NCBI GenBank assembly: GCA_963767925.1
Contig: CAVYGB010000008.1
Location: forward strand, 3,200,001 to 3,264,000
Source: an uncultured delta proteobacterium
Lineage (GTDB): Bacteria; Myxococcota_A; Polyangia; Fen-1088
Reading direction: 5' to 3'
DNA length: 64,000 bases
Under the pieces are notes generated by a model. The model searched no databases and was not told the origin of the DNA. It saw only the letters and a list, made by a program, of their open reading frames with translations. The position numbers and the translations under genes were made by a program. The first letter of the stretch is position 1, and every line of letters begins with the position of its first letter. Positions 29,466 to 39,736 of this stretch are shown one piece after another.

Positions 29466-30291
29466 TCATCCGTAGCGGCCTTCGATGTATTCGGCGGTCC
29501 GCGGGTCGCCGGGGTTGAGGAACAGCTTCTCGGTGCGGCTGTGCTCGATCAGCTCGCCCATCAGCATGAAGATGCATTCGTCGCTGGCCCGGCGGGCCTG
29601 GGCCATGTTGTGGGTGACGATGACGATGGTGTAGCGCCCGCGCAGGGCCCACATCAGCTCCTCGATGGCCCGGGTCCCCTCGACGTCGAGGGCCGAGCAG
29701 GGCTCGTCCATCAGGATGATCTCGGGCTTGAGCGGCAGCAGCCGGGCGATGCACAGCTTCTGCTGCTGCTCGAGCTGCAGGCCGATGGCCCTCGTGTCGA
29801 GCCGGTCCTTGAGGTCGGTCCAGAGCCCCACCTCGGTGAGGGCCTTCTCCACCGCCTCGTCGAGGACGGCCCGCTTGAGCTGCTTGCGCTCGTGGTGCAG
29901 GCGCACGCCGAACACCACGTTTTCGTAGACGGAGAGGGGCAGCGGGTTGGGGCGCTGGAAGACCATGCCCACCGACTTGCGCAGCTCGATGCAGCGAGAC
30001 GTCGGCGTCGTAGATGTTCTTGCCGAGGATCTTGATCTCCCCGGTGGTCGTCACGTAGCCGTAGCGCTCGTTGACCCGGTTGAAGCAGCGGAGCAGCGTG
30101 GTCTTGCCGCAGCCCGAGGGGCCGATCAGCGAGGTGATGATCCCCTTCTTGATGGCGACGCTGACCTTGTGCAGCGCCTGAAACTTGCCGTACCAGAGGT
30201 TGAGATCGCGGGTGGCGATGCTCAGCTCGGTGGGCAAGGGCTGCGAGGAGGAGTAGCGGGCGCTGGTGGTGGCGGAAGACTCGGGGTTCAT
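29466..30291 (-). CDS. pstB: Phosphate ABC transporter ATPase, second copy (frameshift near 29990)
   Basis: GPSGCGKTTLLRCFNR; GMVFQRPNP, LMDEPCSALD, YIEGRYG in a second frame. Confidence 0.82.
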
Positions 30292-31073
30292 CCGAAGATC
30301 CCGTTCACGTATTCGTAGGTCTGCCGGTTGGCGGGCGTGTCCGAGAAGATGACCTCGTTGCGGTCGTTCTCGACGATGTCGCCGTTCCACAGGAACATGG
30401 TGCTGGCTGGCCAGGCGGCGGGCCTGCTGCACCAGGTTGGTGACCAGGATGATCGTCATCTCCTTCTTGCAGCTCCTTGAGCACATCCTCGATGCGCATG
30501 GTGGTGACGGGATCGATGGCGATGGAGAACTCGTCGAGGCAGAGGATCTCCGGCTGGTGGGAGAGCGCGCGGGCGATGGTGAGCCGCTGCTGCTGGCCGC
30601 CCGAGAGCTTGGTGCCCAGGCTGTCGAGGCGGTCCTTGACCTCGTCCCAGAGGGCGGACTGGCGCAGGCAGCGCTCGACGAGGACGTCGAGGTCGGCCTT
30701 GTCGCGCATGCCGGCGGCCCGCGGGGCGAAGGCGACGTTGTCGTAGATGGACAGCGGCAGCCCGACCGGCAGGGGGGCCACCATGCCGACCTTGCGCCGC
30801 AGCTCGTAGACGTTCTCGCATCCGGTCGACGTCCTCGCCGTCGATGCGGATCGAGCCGCTGCACCCGGGCGCCGGCGGTGAACTCGATGGTGCGGTTGAT
30901 GCAGCGGAGCAGCGAGGTCTTGCCCGACTGGGCCGGGCCGATGATGCGCGAAGATCTCGTTGGCGGAGACGTCGAAGGAGATCCCGTGGATGACCTCCTT
31001 GCCCGCCGTAAGCCAGGCGCAGGTCCCGCACCTCGATCTTGGGCCGTTCGGCCCCGGGGGAGCTGGTCACCAC
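30288..31073 (-). CDS. pstB: Phosphate ABC transporter ATPase, first copy (several frameshifts)
   Basis: GPAQSGKTSLLRCINR, LSGGQQQRLTIARALS, LDEFSIAIDP, spread over several frames. Confidence 0.8.
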
Positions 31074-31077
31074 GGGC

Positions 31078-31968
31078 TCACCACTTCTTCCGGGAGCGCA
31101 GGTAGAGCCGCACGCCGATGGCGGTGGCGTTGACCAGCAGCACCGCCCCCAGCAGCACGACGGCGGTGGCGTAGGGCAGCGCCCGGGGCGCGTCGGTCAC
31201 CTGGGTGGTGATGGTGAACAGGTGCATCGACAGGGCCATGCACTGATCCCAGATGCTGTAGGCGAAGGGATCGCCCTCCGGGATGCGGCTGGAACAGCAC
31301 CGCCCCGGTGAACATGATGGGCGCGGTCTCGCCGGCGGTGCGCGAGACCTGCAGGATGACCCCGGTCAGGATGCCGCTGATCGAGTTGGGCAGGACGATG
31401 CCCCGGATGGTCTGCCAGCGGCGTGGCCCCCACGTTCCAGCAGGCCTCGCGGAAGGACTGCGGGACGGCGGCCAGCGCCTCCTTGGTGCTGGCGATGATG
31501 ACCGGCAGGGTCATGATGGCCAGGGTGAGCGAGGCGGCCAGGATGGAGCGGCCCATGCCGGCGAAGAGCACGAAGGCGCCCGAGCCCGAACAGGGCGTGC
31601 ACGATGCTGGGCACGCCCGCCAGGTTGACCACCGCCAGGTTGATGATGCGGGTGAACCAGCTCTCGCGGGCGTATTCGTTCAGGTAGACCGCGGCCAGCA
31701 CGCCGATGGGGGCGGCGATGAGCAGCGAGATGCCGACCAGGTAGATGGTCCCCAGCAGGGCCGACCAGATGCCGCCCCGGCGCATGCCCCCGGCCGGGTT
31801 GGTGGTGAGAAAGTCCCAGGAGAGCAGCGGGCGCCGCCTCCTAGACCAGCAGTAGCCGATGATGAGCAGCAGCGGCACCACGATGGCCAGCGACATGAGG
31901 CCGAAGATCCCCTTCGCCATCAGCTCGCGCCGACGATTGCTCTTCCCGAGCTTGGTCTCGGTGAACAT
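31078..31968 (-). CDS. pstA: Phosphate ABC transporter permease (frameshifted)
   Basis: GGIWSALLGT, AAVYLNEYA, NLAGVPSIVHALFGL, RTAGETAPI. Confidence 0.85.
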
Positions 31969-31983
31969 GGATCGACCGGGTCG

Positions 31984-32967
31984 TTACTTCTGGCGGATGC
32001 CCCGGACCACCAGGTCGGCGGCCAGGTTGACCACGAAGGTGATGGAGAACAGCAGGATGCCGATGATGAACAGCACCTGGTAGTGGTCGGAGCCCACGCG
32101 AGGCCTCGCCCAGCTCGGCGGCGATGGTGGCGGTCAGGGTCCGCACCGGATCGAAGATGCTGTCCGGGATGTTGACGGCGTGGCCGGTGGCCATCAGCAC
32201 CGCCATGGTCTCGCCCACCGCCCGGCCCACCCCCAGCAGCACCGCCGCCAGCAGGCCGTTCTTGGCCGCCGGCAGCAGCACCCGGTAGATGGTCTGCCAG
32301 CGGGTGGCCCCCAGCGGCCAGCGCCGCCTCGCGGTAGGAGTCGGGCACCGCCTTGAGGGCGTCCTCGCCGATGCTGACCATGATGGGCACGCTCATCAGC
32401 GCCAGCAACAGAGCGCCGTTGAAGACGTTGAGCCCCACCGGCACGTGGAACACCTTCTGGATGAGGGGGTTCATCACCGAGATGCCGATGAAGCCCCAGA
32501 CCACCGAGGGGATGGCGGCCAGCAGCTCGATGACGATCTTCAGGGTCTCCTTGCGTCCGCTTGCCGCAGAACTCGGAGACGAAGACCGCCGCCCCCAGGC
32601 CGAAGGGGACCGCCATCACCATGGCCAGCAGGGTCACGCTGGCCGTGCCGACGATGAGCGCCAGCACCCCGTAGCGAACGTTGCTGTGCGAGGTGGGGAA
32701 CCACTCGGTGCTGAACAGGAACTGGCCCAGGTCCAGCCCGCCGAACAGCAGCCCGGCCCCCTCGCGCACGACGAAGAAGAAGATGCCGAAGACGAACAGG
32801 ATGGCGCTGACGCCACAGAACTGGATCACCCACTCGAGGGTGGTCTCCCCGATCAGCTCCCAGGTGCGCCGCCGCGCGGGCAGGCGCACCGTCACACGCA
32901 GCTCGGGAGCCGGGGCGCCGGCGGAGGTGGTCAGCTTCGCCGGCAATTCGGTGGTGTCCCCGTTCAC
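31984..32967 (-). CDS. pstC: Phosphate ABC transporter permease (frameshifted)
   Basis: YGVLALIVGT, ELLAAIPSVVWG, GRAVGETMAVLMATG, TLTATIAAELGE. Confidence 0.85.
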
Positions 32968-33003
32968 GTTTCGACCTCGGTCACGTCTCGTTGTCCGGCC
33001 CGA

Positions 33004-33930
33004 TCACTTCTTGGGCAGCGGCACGTAGCCGGTCTGCTCGACGATCTTCTGCCCGACGTCCGAGAGGATCCAGTCGAGGTACTTGCTGGACGTGCCGGCG
33101 AGGGCTCGCCCGGGGTGTACATGAACATCGGGCGAGAGATGGGGTAGCTCTTGTCGAGCACGGTGGCGATGCTGGGCTCGATCGCCGGTCTCACCCTTCT
33201 TCTTGGCGAAACCTTGACGATCTTGACGTCGGCGGTGGCGTAGCCGAGGCCGCTGTAGCCGATGGCCCCCGCGGTCTTGCCCACCAGCTCGACGACCTCC
33301 TTCGACCCGTTCATGTCCATCGACCCGGGCTTGAAGTCGTTCTTCTTGCCCACCACGGTCTCCCGGAAGTAGGCGTAGGTGCCGGAGTTGTTCTGTCGGC
33401 TCACCCGGATGATGTCCTCGCTCTTGGCGCCGGGCACATTGGCCACGCCGAGGTCGGACCACTTGTTGATCTTGCCGCCCTCCTTGTAGATCTCGGCGAG
33501 CTCTTCCATGCTGATGGTCTCGAGCGGGTTGTCCTTGTGGACGTAGATGGCGAGGCCATCGAAGCCGACCAGGAACTCCTTGGGCTCTTTGCCGTGTTTG
33601 CGGGCGTCTTCGATCTCCTCGGGCTCGAGCTGGCGGCTGGAGTTGGCGATCTCGGCGGTGCCGTTGATGAGCGCGGCCACCCCGACGCCCGAGCCACCGC
33701 CCGAGACCTCGACCGAGACGGCGGGCGCCGACCTTGGCGTATTCCTCGGCCCAGGCCTGGGCCAGGTTGACCATCGTGTCCGAGCCGATGTTCTGGATGG
33801 CGATGCCGGTCTCGGCGCTCTGTTTCCGCTTGCAACCGGGGGTCAGGACCGCGCCGGCGGTCAGCAGGGCGCCGGCGGCCAGGACCACGCCGAGGCGGGT
33901 GGAGAGGGCTGGTCGTAGCTGGCGGTTCAT
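33004..33930 (-). CDS. pstS: Phosphate-binding lipoprotein (frameshifted)
   Basis: Lipobox-like LTPGC; GSDTMVNLAQAWAE, GGGSGVG, ANSSR, SRQNNSGTY, YPISRP. Confidence 0.88.
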   Translation of the reverse strand: MNRQLRPALSTRLGVVLAAGALLTAGAVLTPGCKRKQSAETGIAIQNIGSDTMVNLAQAWAEEYAKVGARRLGRGLGRWLGRRGGRAHQRHRRDRQLQPPARARGDRRRPQTRQRAQGVPGRLRWPRHLRPQGQPARDHQHGRARRDLQGGRQDQQVVRPRRGQCARRQERGHHPGEPTEQLRHLRLLPGDRGGQEERLQARVDGHERVEGGRRAGGQDRGGHRLQRPRLRHRRRQDRQGFAKKKGETGDRAQHRHRARQELPHLSPDVHVHPGRALAGTSSKYLDWILSDVGQKIVEQTGYVPLPKK

Positions 33931-33959
33931 GGGGTCGTCTCCTTGATGGGGTCGGTCGC

Positions 33960-35061
33960 TCAGTCGATGGCGTCGCCCAGGACGGCCTCGACCAGGTCCT
34001 GAACATGGGCGGCGAGGAAGTCGTAGGTCTCCTGGTAGGCCGCGCGCACCTCGGCGGGGCTGCCTTGCACCGCCGACGGATCGCGCACGCGTCCAGTCGA
34101 GGCAAACCGCCTTGGTGGGCGGCGGGGGGAACACCCGTTGCGCCTCTTGCGCCAGCGCCACGATGATCTGGTAGTGGTCCAGGTGCGGAATCTGGTCCAG
34201 GCCTTTCGAGGTGTGGCGCGAGATATCGACGCCCCTGCTCCTTGAGGAAGGAAGCGGTGGTCGGGGTCTATGGGTCGCGCGTCGAGTCCGGCGCTGGCGA
34301 AGACGAACTTGGGCTGGCCCGAGGGCGTTGCCGATCGCCTCGGCCATCTGGCTGCGGCAGGAGTTGTGCTCGTCGACGAACAGCAGCCGGTAGATGTCGC
34401 TGCCCGAGTGCTTGTGGTATTCGCCGGTGCACATGTAGAGCACCTCCTGGCAGATGCTCTTGGCCTGATCCCCCACCCGCTCGAAGCGGTTGACGATGGT
34501 CATCAGGGGGGCCAGCGCCTGCAGGGGAATCCGCCCCTGCTGCTGCATGCTGACGAGGTCGGCGTTGAGCTGGTGCCGCTGGCGATCGATCAGCTCCTCG
34601 GCCTCCATGGCCCGCCGGGCCAGGGCGGCGTCCTGGGTGAGGAAGGCCTCGATGGCGGAATGCAACATCGGGATGGCCCGCCCGGCCAGCTCGCTGTAGC
34701 GTTCGGTGGGCAGGGCGAACTCGAGCGAGCCGAGGATGACCACCTGGCGGGCGATGCTCTCGGCGTAGTCACCGACCCGCTCGAGCTCGGAGTTGATCTT
34801 GATGGCGGCGTAGGCGAAGCGCAGCGTGCCGGCCACCGGCTGCTGGCGCACGATGAACTCCAGGCAGAGCCGATCGATCTCCTTCTCCAGCTCGTCGATA
34901 CGCTGGTCGCGCACGATCACCGAATAGGCGGTCTGGCGGTTGCGTTCGGTGAGGGCCCGCATCGAGGTCTTCAGGGCAGCTTCGGCCAGGCTGCCCATCT
35001 GTCGGATCTTCGAGCGGATGCGTTCGATGTCGCGCTGGAGGGTCTCTTCGTAGTGGGTCAC
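33960..35061 (-). CDS. phoU: PhoU fused to an ArsC/LMW-PTP-like domain (frameshifts in the C-terminal part)
   Basis: DQRIDELE, ELERVGDYA, FERVGDQAKSICQEVLY, then in frame LLFVDEHNSCRSQMAEA; later SAG and W..DP motifs. Confidence 0.85.
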
Positions 35062-35252
35062 GGTCGTCTCCCGACGCTGAGGCGGGGCGGTCGCGCGCGA
35101 GCCGCCAGCAAAGGCCGCCGGGCACATGGCGGTGGCGGGGGTGGGGGGCTCACGCGGGCCCAGATATGTCACAGTTCCGGGGCCGCTCGCAAAGGGCAAT
35201 CCTTCCCCAAAGGACCTCCAAAACCGACCGAGTTCAGGTCGGCGACGTCCAG

Positions 35253-35270
35253 GTGACAGTTTTGTGCCAA
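35253..35270 (-). promoter_or_regulatory. Pho box upstream of the phoU-pst operon
   Basis: Minus strand TTGGCAC-AAAA-CTGTCAC matches the CTGTCAY-N4-CTGTCAY pattern. Confidence 0.65.
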
Positions 35271-35361
35271 CTTCGGGCGGCAACTTCCTGGCCGCGGGTC
35301 CGATAGGAAACAGCGCTCACCTGCCGCGACGCAGAGAACGCGATCCCGCTCAGGAGCCCGC

Positions 35362-36207
35362 ATGATGGTAACCAAGCTGCCCGATTGGACCGGCCGACGG
35401 GGGACCCGGGTGGCCCTGATCGGCGCGGCCACCGCGGTGCTGCTGCTGCCGCCGCTGGCTGCGGGCGCGGCGCCGGGACGCGGACGGCTCGTCCCCCTCG
35501 CGCCCGCGCAGGCCCCTCCGCTCGAGCCGGCCTCGCCGCCGGCACCGCCGCTGCTGCCCGATCCGGGACGCACGCCCTACCCTGCTCCCGGGTACGCGCG
35601 CTGGCACCTGCCGCCCGCCCCGCCCGACACCTACCTCGATGATCTCCCGCCCGAGACCGAGGGGCGCCACACCGGCTTTTTCATGCGGCTCTCGGTCGGC
35701 CCCGGTTACTACCGGATGTGGGCCGACGCCGCCGAGGGGACGATGGCGCTGCGGGCAGCCGGGGCCGGCCTGACGCTGGGCCTGGGGGGCGCGCTCTCGG
35801 AGAACGTCGTCCTGTTCGGAGAGATGGCCCTGCAGACCACCATCGACCCCCGGGTCGACACCTACGCGGGCAACGGCTCGCGCCCCGGCACGGCGGTGAC
35901 GACGGCGGCGGTGGGACTCGGCGCCGGCTACCACCTGATGCCCGCCCAGGTGTTCGTGGCCGGCTCGCTGCTGCTGGCGCAGGCGCGCGCGGTGGATCGT
36001 CCCACCGAACGGTTGCTGGGCAAGACCGACGTGGGGCCGGGGCTGGCCCTGGCGGTCGGGCGAGACTGGTGGCTGACGCCGAGCTGGACCATCGGCGTGC
36101 TGGGGCGGTTTCAGCTCGCGCGGCTGCGCGATCCGGCCCACGGGAAGGGGGCCGCGATGTGGGGCGCCCTCGCCCTGTCGATCGCCTTCTCCGTCGCCTT
36201 CGAGTGA
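35362..36207 (+). CDS. Exported protein, probable small outer-membrane beta-barrel
   Basis: Signal peptide, Pro-rich linker, alternating beta-strand pattern (HTGFFMRLSVGPGY...VGRDWW...SVAFE). Confidence 0.65.
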   Translation: MMVTKLPDWTGRRGTRVALIGAATAVLLLPPLAAGAAPGRGRLVPLAPAQAPPLEPASPPAPPLLPDPGRTPYPAPGYARWHLPPAPPDTYLDDLPPETEGRHTGFFMRLSVGPGYYRMWADAAEGTMALRAAGAGLTLGLGGALSENVVLFGEMALQTTIDPRVDTYAGNGSRPGTAVTTAAVGLGAGYHLMPAQVFVAGSLLLAQARAVDRPTERLLGKTDVGPGLALAVGRDWWLTPSWTIGVLGRFQLARLRDPAHGKGAAMWGALALSIAFSVAFE

Positions 36208-36232
36208 GGCGAGGGCGCGACGGCGTCCGGAG

Positions 36233-37849
36233 TCAGCCGCCGGTCCCGGGCAGGGCGGCGAGCAGACGGGCGGTGTAAGGGTGGGCCGGCTGCTCGAGCA
36301 CGCGATCGGCCGGGCCCTGCTCCACGATCTGCCCGCCGTACAGCACCAGCACCCGATCGGCGAAGGCCCGCGCGCCCACCAGATCGTGGGTCACGAACAG
36401 GAAGCCCAGGCCCCGCACCTGCTGCAGCCGCTGCACGATGGCCAGCACGTCGCGCCGGATCGAGGCGTCGAGCATGCTGGCCGGCTCGTCGGCCAGCACC
36501 AGGGCCGGCTCGACCGCCAGCGCCCGGGCGATGCACACCCGCTGGCGCTGGCCGCCCGAGAGCTGATGGGGGTACTTGCGGGCGAGGTCGGCGGCGGGGG
36601 TCAACCCCACGCTCTCGAGCAGGGCCAGCATCCGTTCGGACCGCAGGGTCCGGTCGGTCATCCGGCGGTGCAGGATCAGCGGCCGCTCCAGGTGGTGGGC
36701 CACCGTGCGGGCGGGGTTGAGGGCGGCGAAGGGGTCCTGGAAGATGACCTGCACCGCCGCCCGGTAGGCCAGCGAGGCGCGCCCGGGCTCCTCGGCCAGC
36801 ACCGAGCGCCCCTCGAGGAGGATCTCGCCCTGGCTGGGTGCCAGCAGGCGGGCGATCAGGCGGACGATGGTGCTCTTGCCCGAGCCGGACGCCCCCACCA
36901 GGGCCACCGCCTCTCCCGCCCGCACCTCGAAGGAGACGTCGTCGACCGCCTGGACGCGGCGGGCCCGGCGGCCCCACCCCGAGACGAAGGTCTTGCCGAG
37001 GCCGCGGACGGCGAGCAACGGGGGATCTTCGCCGCCGGCGGCCGGGCGCGCGGCGGCCGGGTGGCTGCTGGCGGTGAAGGCGGCGAGGAGCTGGCGGGTG
37101 TAGGGGTGGCGGGCGCCTTCGGACAGGGAGCGGGCGGGGGCGGTCTCGACGAGCTGGCCCCGGTGCAGGACGCCCACCCGGGCGCAGACCGCCAGGGTCA
37201 GGGCCAGGTCGTGGCTGATGAACAGGACGGCGAAGCCGAGGCTCTCCTGCAGCTTCAGGATGTGGGTCAGGATCTCCCGGGCCAGGATGACGTCGAGCGC
37301 GGCGGTCGGCTCGTCGAGGATCAGCAGCCCCGGACCCAGGGCCAGGGCCAGGGCGATCACCGCGCGTTGCCGCATGCCGCCCGACAGCTCGTGGGCGAAG
37401 CTGGCGCCCGCCGACCGGGGCAGGCCGACCTGCTGGCACAGCTCGAGGGCCCGCTCCCGGGCCGCAGTCCGATCCATCGCCTCGTGGGCCCGGATGGCGT
37501 CGCCGATCTGGTGGGCGATCGGCAGCAGCGGGTGGAGGGCGTTCATCCCGCTCTGGGGGACCAGGGAGGCCTGCCGCCCGCGCACGCCGCGCAGCTCGCG
37601 ATCCGACAGGGCGAGCAGATCGCGCCCTTGCAGGCAGACGCGCCCGCCCGCGATCACCGCGGGCGGCAGCAGCAGGCGCAGCAGAGCCAGGGCCAGGGTC
37701 GACTTGCCGCTGCCCGATTCGCCGACCAGGCCGAACACCTCGCCCGGGGCCACCCGGAAAGAGACGCCGTCGACCGCCCGCAGGGGGCCGCTGTCGAGCA
37801 GGTAGTCGACCGTGAGATCTTCGACCGACAGCACGTCAGGCGGGGCCAT
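36233..37849 (-). CDS. ABC transporter ATPase, fused OppD/OppF type
   Basis: Two Walker A motifs (GESGSGKS, GASGSGKS) and two LSGG signatures. Confidence 0.92.
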   Translation of the reverse strand: MAPPDVLSVEDLTVDYLLDSGPLRAVDGVSFRVAPGEVFGLVGESGSGKSTLALALLRLLLPPAVIAGGRVCLQGRDLLALSDRELRGVRGRQASLVPQSGMNALHPLLPIAHQIGDAIRAHEAMDRTAARERALELCQQVGLPRSAGASFAHELSGGMRQRAVIALALALGPGLLILDEPTAALDVILAREILTHILKLQESLGFAVLFISHDLALTLAVCARVGVLHRGQLVETAPARSLSEGARHPYTRQLLAAFTASSHPAAARPAAGGEDPPLLAVRGLGKTFVSGWGRRARRVQAVDDVSFEVRAGEAVALVGASGSGKSTIVRLIARLLAPSQGEILLEGRSVLAEEPGRASLAYRAAVQVIFQDPFAALNPARTVAHHLERPLILHRRMTDRTLRSERMLALLESVGLTPAADLARKYPHQLSGGQRQRVCIARALAVEPALVLADEPASMLDASIRRDVLAIVQRLQQVRGLGFLFVTHDLVGARAFADRVLVLYGGQIVEQGPADRVLEQPAHPYTARLLAALPGTGG

Positions 37850-38750
37850 CGGACCTCCCGACCACCGGGGTGGCGGCGTCGGCGCCGGTGACCCCCGGGA
37901 CCGCCCGCTGGAACGCCCGCTCGATCCGCAGGCGCGGGTTGCCGAGCTCGTCGAGGGCGCCGTTGACCAGCACCAGGGCGAAGCCGACCAGCCCCACGCA
38001 CAGGCCGGCCGGCACGAAGGTCCACCAGGACCCGGTCAGCAGGGCGGCGTCGCTGCGGGCCCAGTAGAGGATGGTCCCCCAGGTGACCCGCTCGACGTCG
38101 CCGATGCCGAGGAACTCCAGCCCCACGAGGGCGGCGATGGCGTAGAGCACGGCGCCGATGAAGCAGGAGACCGCCAGGGGCACCATGTTGGGCAGGATCT
38201 CGCACAGCACGATGCGGAGCGGGTGCTCGCCGAGCGCGCGGGCGGCGGCCACGAAGTCCCGCTCGCGCAGGGCCTGGGTCTGGGCGCGCAGCACCCGCGC
38301 CGTCCAGGCCCAGCCGGTCACCGCCAGCACCAGGGCCATGGCGGCCGGCCCGGGCGACAGGTAGGCGGCGATCACCACCATGAGCGGCAGGCCCGGCACC
38401 ATGAGGAAGACGTTGATGAGCAGGCTGAACACGTCGTCCACCACGCCGCCGAGGTACCCCGCCGCCGCCCCCACCAGGGTGCCCACCAGCACCACGATGA
38501 AGCCCGCCCCGAAGCCGATGAGCAGCGTGGGGCGGGCGGCCGCCACCGTCCGCCACAACACGTCTTGCCCCTGGCCGTTGGTCCCCAGCAGGTGCTGGCC
38601 CGAGGGGGGCTCGAAGGGGGGGCCCACCGGCAAGGTGGGATCGCCGACCAGCCAGGGGCCGACCAGGGCCATCAGCACGAACAGCGCCAGCAGGATCAGG
38701 CCGGCGAGGGCCTTGCGGCTGGACAGGAGGGCGCGCAGCAGCGTGCTCAT
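37836..38750 (-). CDS. ABC transporter permease (OppC/DppC type)
   Basis: HLLGTNGQGQDV, EAA-loop DFVAAARALG. Confidence 0.9.
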   Translation of the reverse strand: MSTLLRALLSSRKALAGLILLALFVLMALVGPWLVGDPTLPVGPPFEPPSGQHLLGTNGQGQDVLWRTVAAARPTLLIGFGAGFIVVLVGTLVGAAAGYLGGVVDDVFSLLINVFLMVPGLPLMVVIAAYLSPGPAAMALVLAVTGWAWTARVLRAQTQALRERDFVAAARALGEHPLRIVLCEILPNMVPLAVSCFIGAVLYAIAALVGLEFLGIGDVERVTWGTILYWARSDAALLTGSWWTFVPAGLCVGLVGFALVLVNGALDELGNPRLRIERAFQRAVPGVTGADAATPVVGRSDGPA

Positions 38751-38755
38751 GGCGT

Positions 38756-39736
38756 TCAGGTGCGGCGGCGCAGGCGCGGGTCGACCCAGGTGCTCACCAG
38801 GTCGAGCAGCAGGTTGGCGCCCAGAACGGCGAGGGTGATGGTGAGATAGAGCCCCTGGATGAGCGGATAGTCCAGGCTGGAGACGGCCCGCACCAGCAGA
38901 TAGCCCTGGCCCGGATAGGAGAAGACGATCTCGGTGAGCAGGGCGCCCGAGACGACGAAGCCGAGGGCCATGCCGAACCCGGCCAGGTTGGGCAGCAGGG
39001 CGTTGCGGGCGGCGTAGGCCAGCAGCAGGCGTCCCCGGGGCAGGCCGCTGGCCCGGGCCAGGGTCATGTAGTCCTCGGCGATGACGCCCATCATGGTGTT
39101 GCGCATGGCCAGCAGCCAGCTCCCCAGGGTGGCGAGCACCAGGGTCAGGCCGGGCAACACGGCGTGGGAGACCACGCTGGCCAGGAAGGTGAAGCTCCAC
39201 TGGGGGGTCAGGCCGTCGTCGTAGGCGTGGCGCACGGGGAACCAGCCGAGGGTGAAGCCGACGAGGTAGAGGGCCACCATGGCCAGCCAGAAGTAGGGCA
39301 AGGCTCCCAGGAAGGTGAGGGCCGCCGGCAGCAGCGAGTCGAGCCAGCCCCGCCGCCGCCAGGCGGCCAGCACGCCGAGCAAGGTGCCGAGCGCGAAGCT
39401 GATGACGACCGCCACCCCGCCCAGCAACAGGGTCCAGCCGAAGGCCCCGGCGATGACCCCGCTGACCGGAGCGGGGAAGTGGCTGATCGAGACGCCGAGC
39501 TCGCCGCGCGCGAGGTGCCCGAGGTAGTCGAGGTACTGCTGCAAGAGGGTGCCGTCGCCCAGGCCGAAGGAGCCCCGCAGGGCCTCCAGGGCCTCGGGCC
39601 GCAGCCGGCCGCGGAAGCGGGCCAGCAGCACCCGGGCGGGGTCGCCGGGGATGAGCCGGGGCAGGAAAAACGCCAGGGTCAACGAGGCCCAGGCCGCCAC
39701 CAGGTAAAAGCCGATCCGCCGCAGCAGGTAGCTCAT
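38756..39736 (-). CDS. ABC transporter permease (OppB/DppB type)
   Basis: MSYLLRRIG, PRLIPGDP, EDYMTLARASG, EIVFSYPG. Confidence 0.9.
   Translation of the reverse strand: MSYLLRRIGFYLVAAWASLTLAFFLPRLIPGDPARVLLARFRGRLRPEALEALRGSFGLGDGTLLQQYLDYLGHLARGELGVSISHFPAPVSGVIAGAFGWTLLLGGVAVVISFALGTLLGVLAAWRRRGWLDSLLPAALTFLGALPYFWLAMVALYLVGFTLGWFPVRHAYDDGLTPQWSFTFLASVVSHAVLPGLTLVLATLGSWLLAMRNTMMGVIAEDYMTLARASGLPRGRLLLAYAARNALLPNLAGFGMALGFVVSGALLTEIVFSYPGQGYLLVRAVSSLDYPLIQGLYLTITLAVLGANLLLDLVSTWVDPRLRRRT

Noticed and set aside
29466..35061. pst operon as a set of pseudogenes or programmed frameshifts
   Set aside because: Indels only, no consistent slippery motif, and the same pattern affects normally essential genes, so sequencing error is more likely.
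33004..35283. 759-aa ORF suggesting a PhoU-ArsC-PstS fusion
   Set aside because: Artefact of frameshifts: pstS has its own RBS and ATG at 33930, and the phoU fusion stops at 33960.
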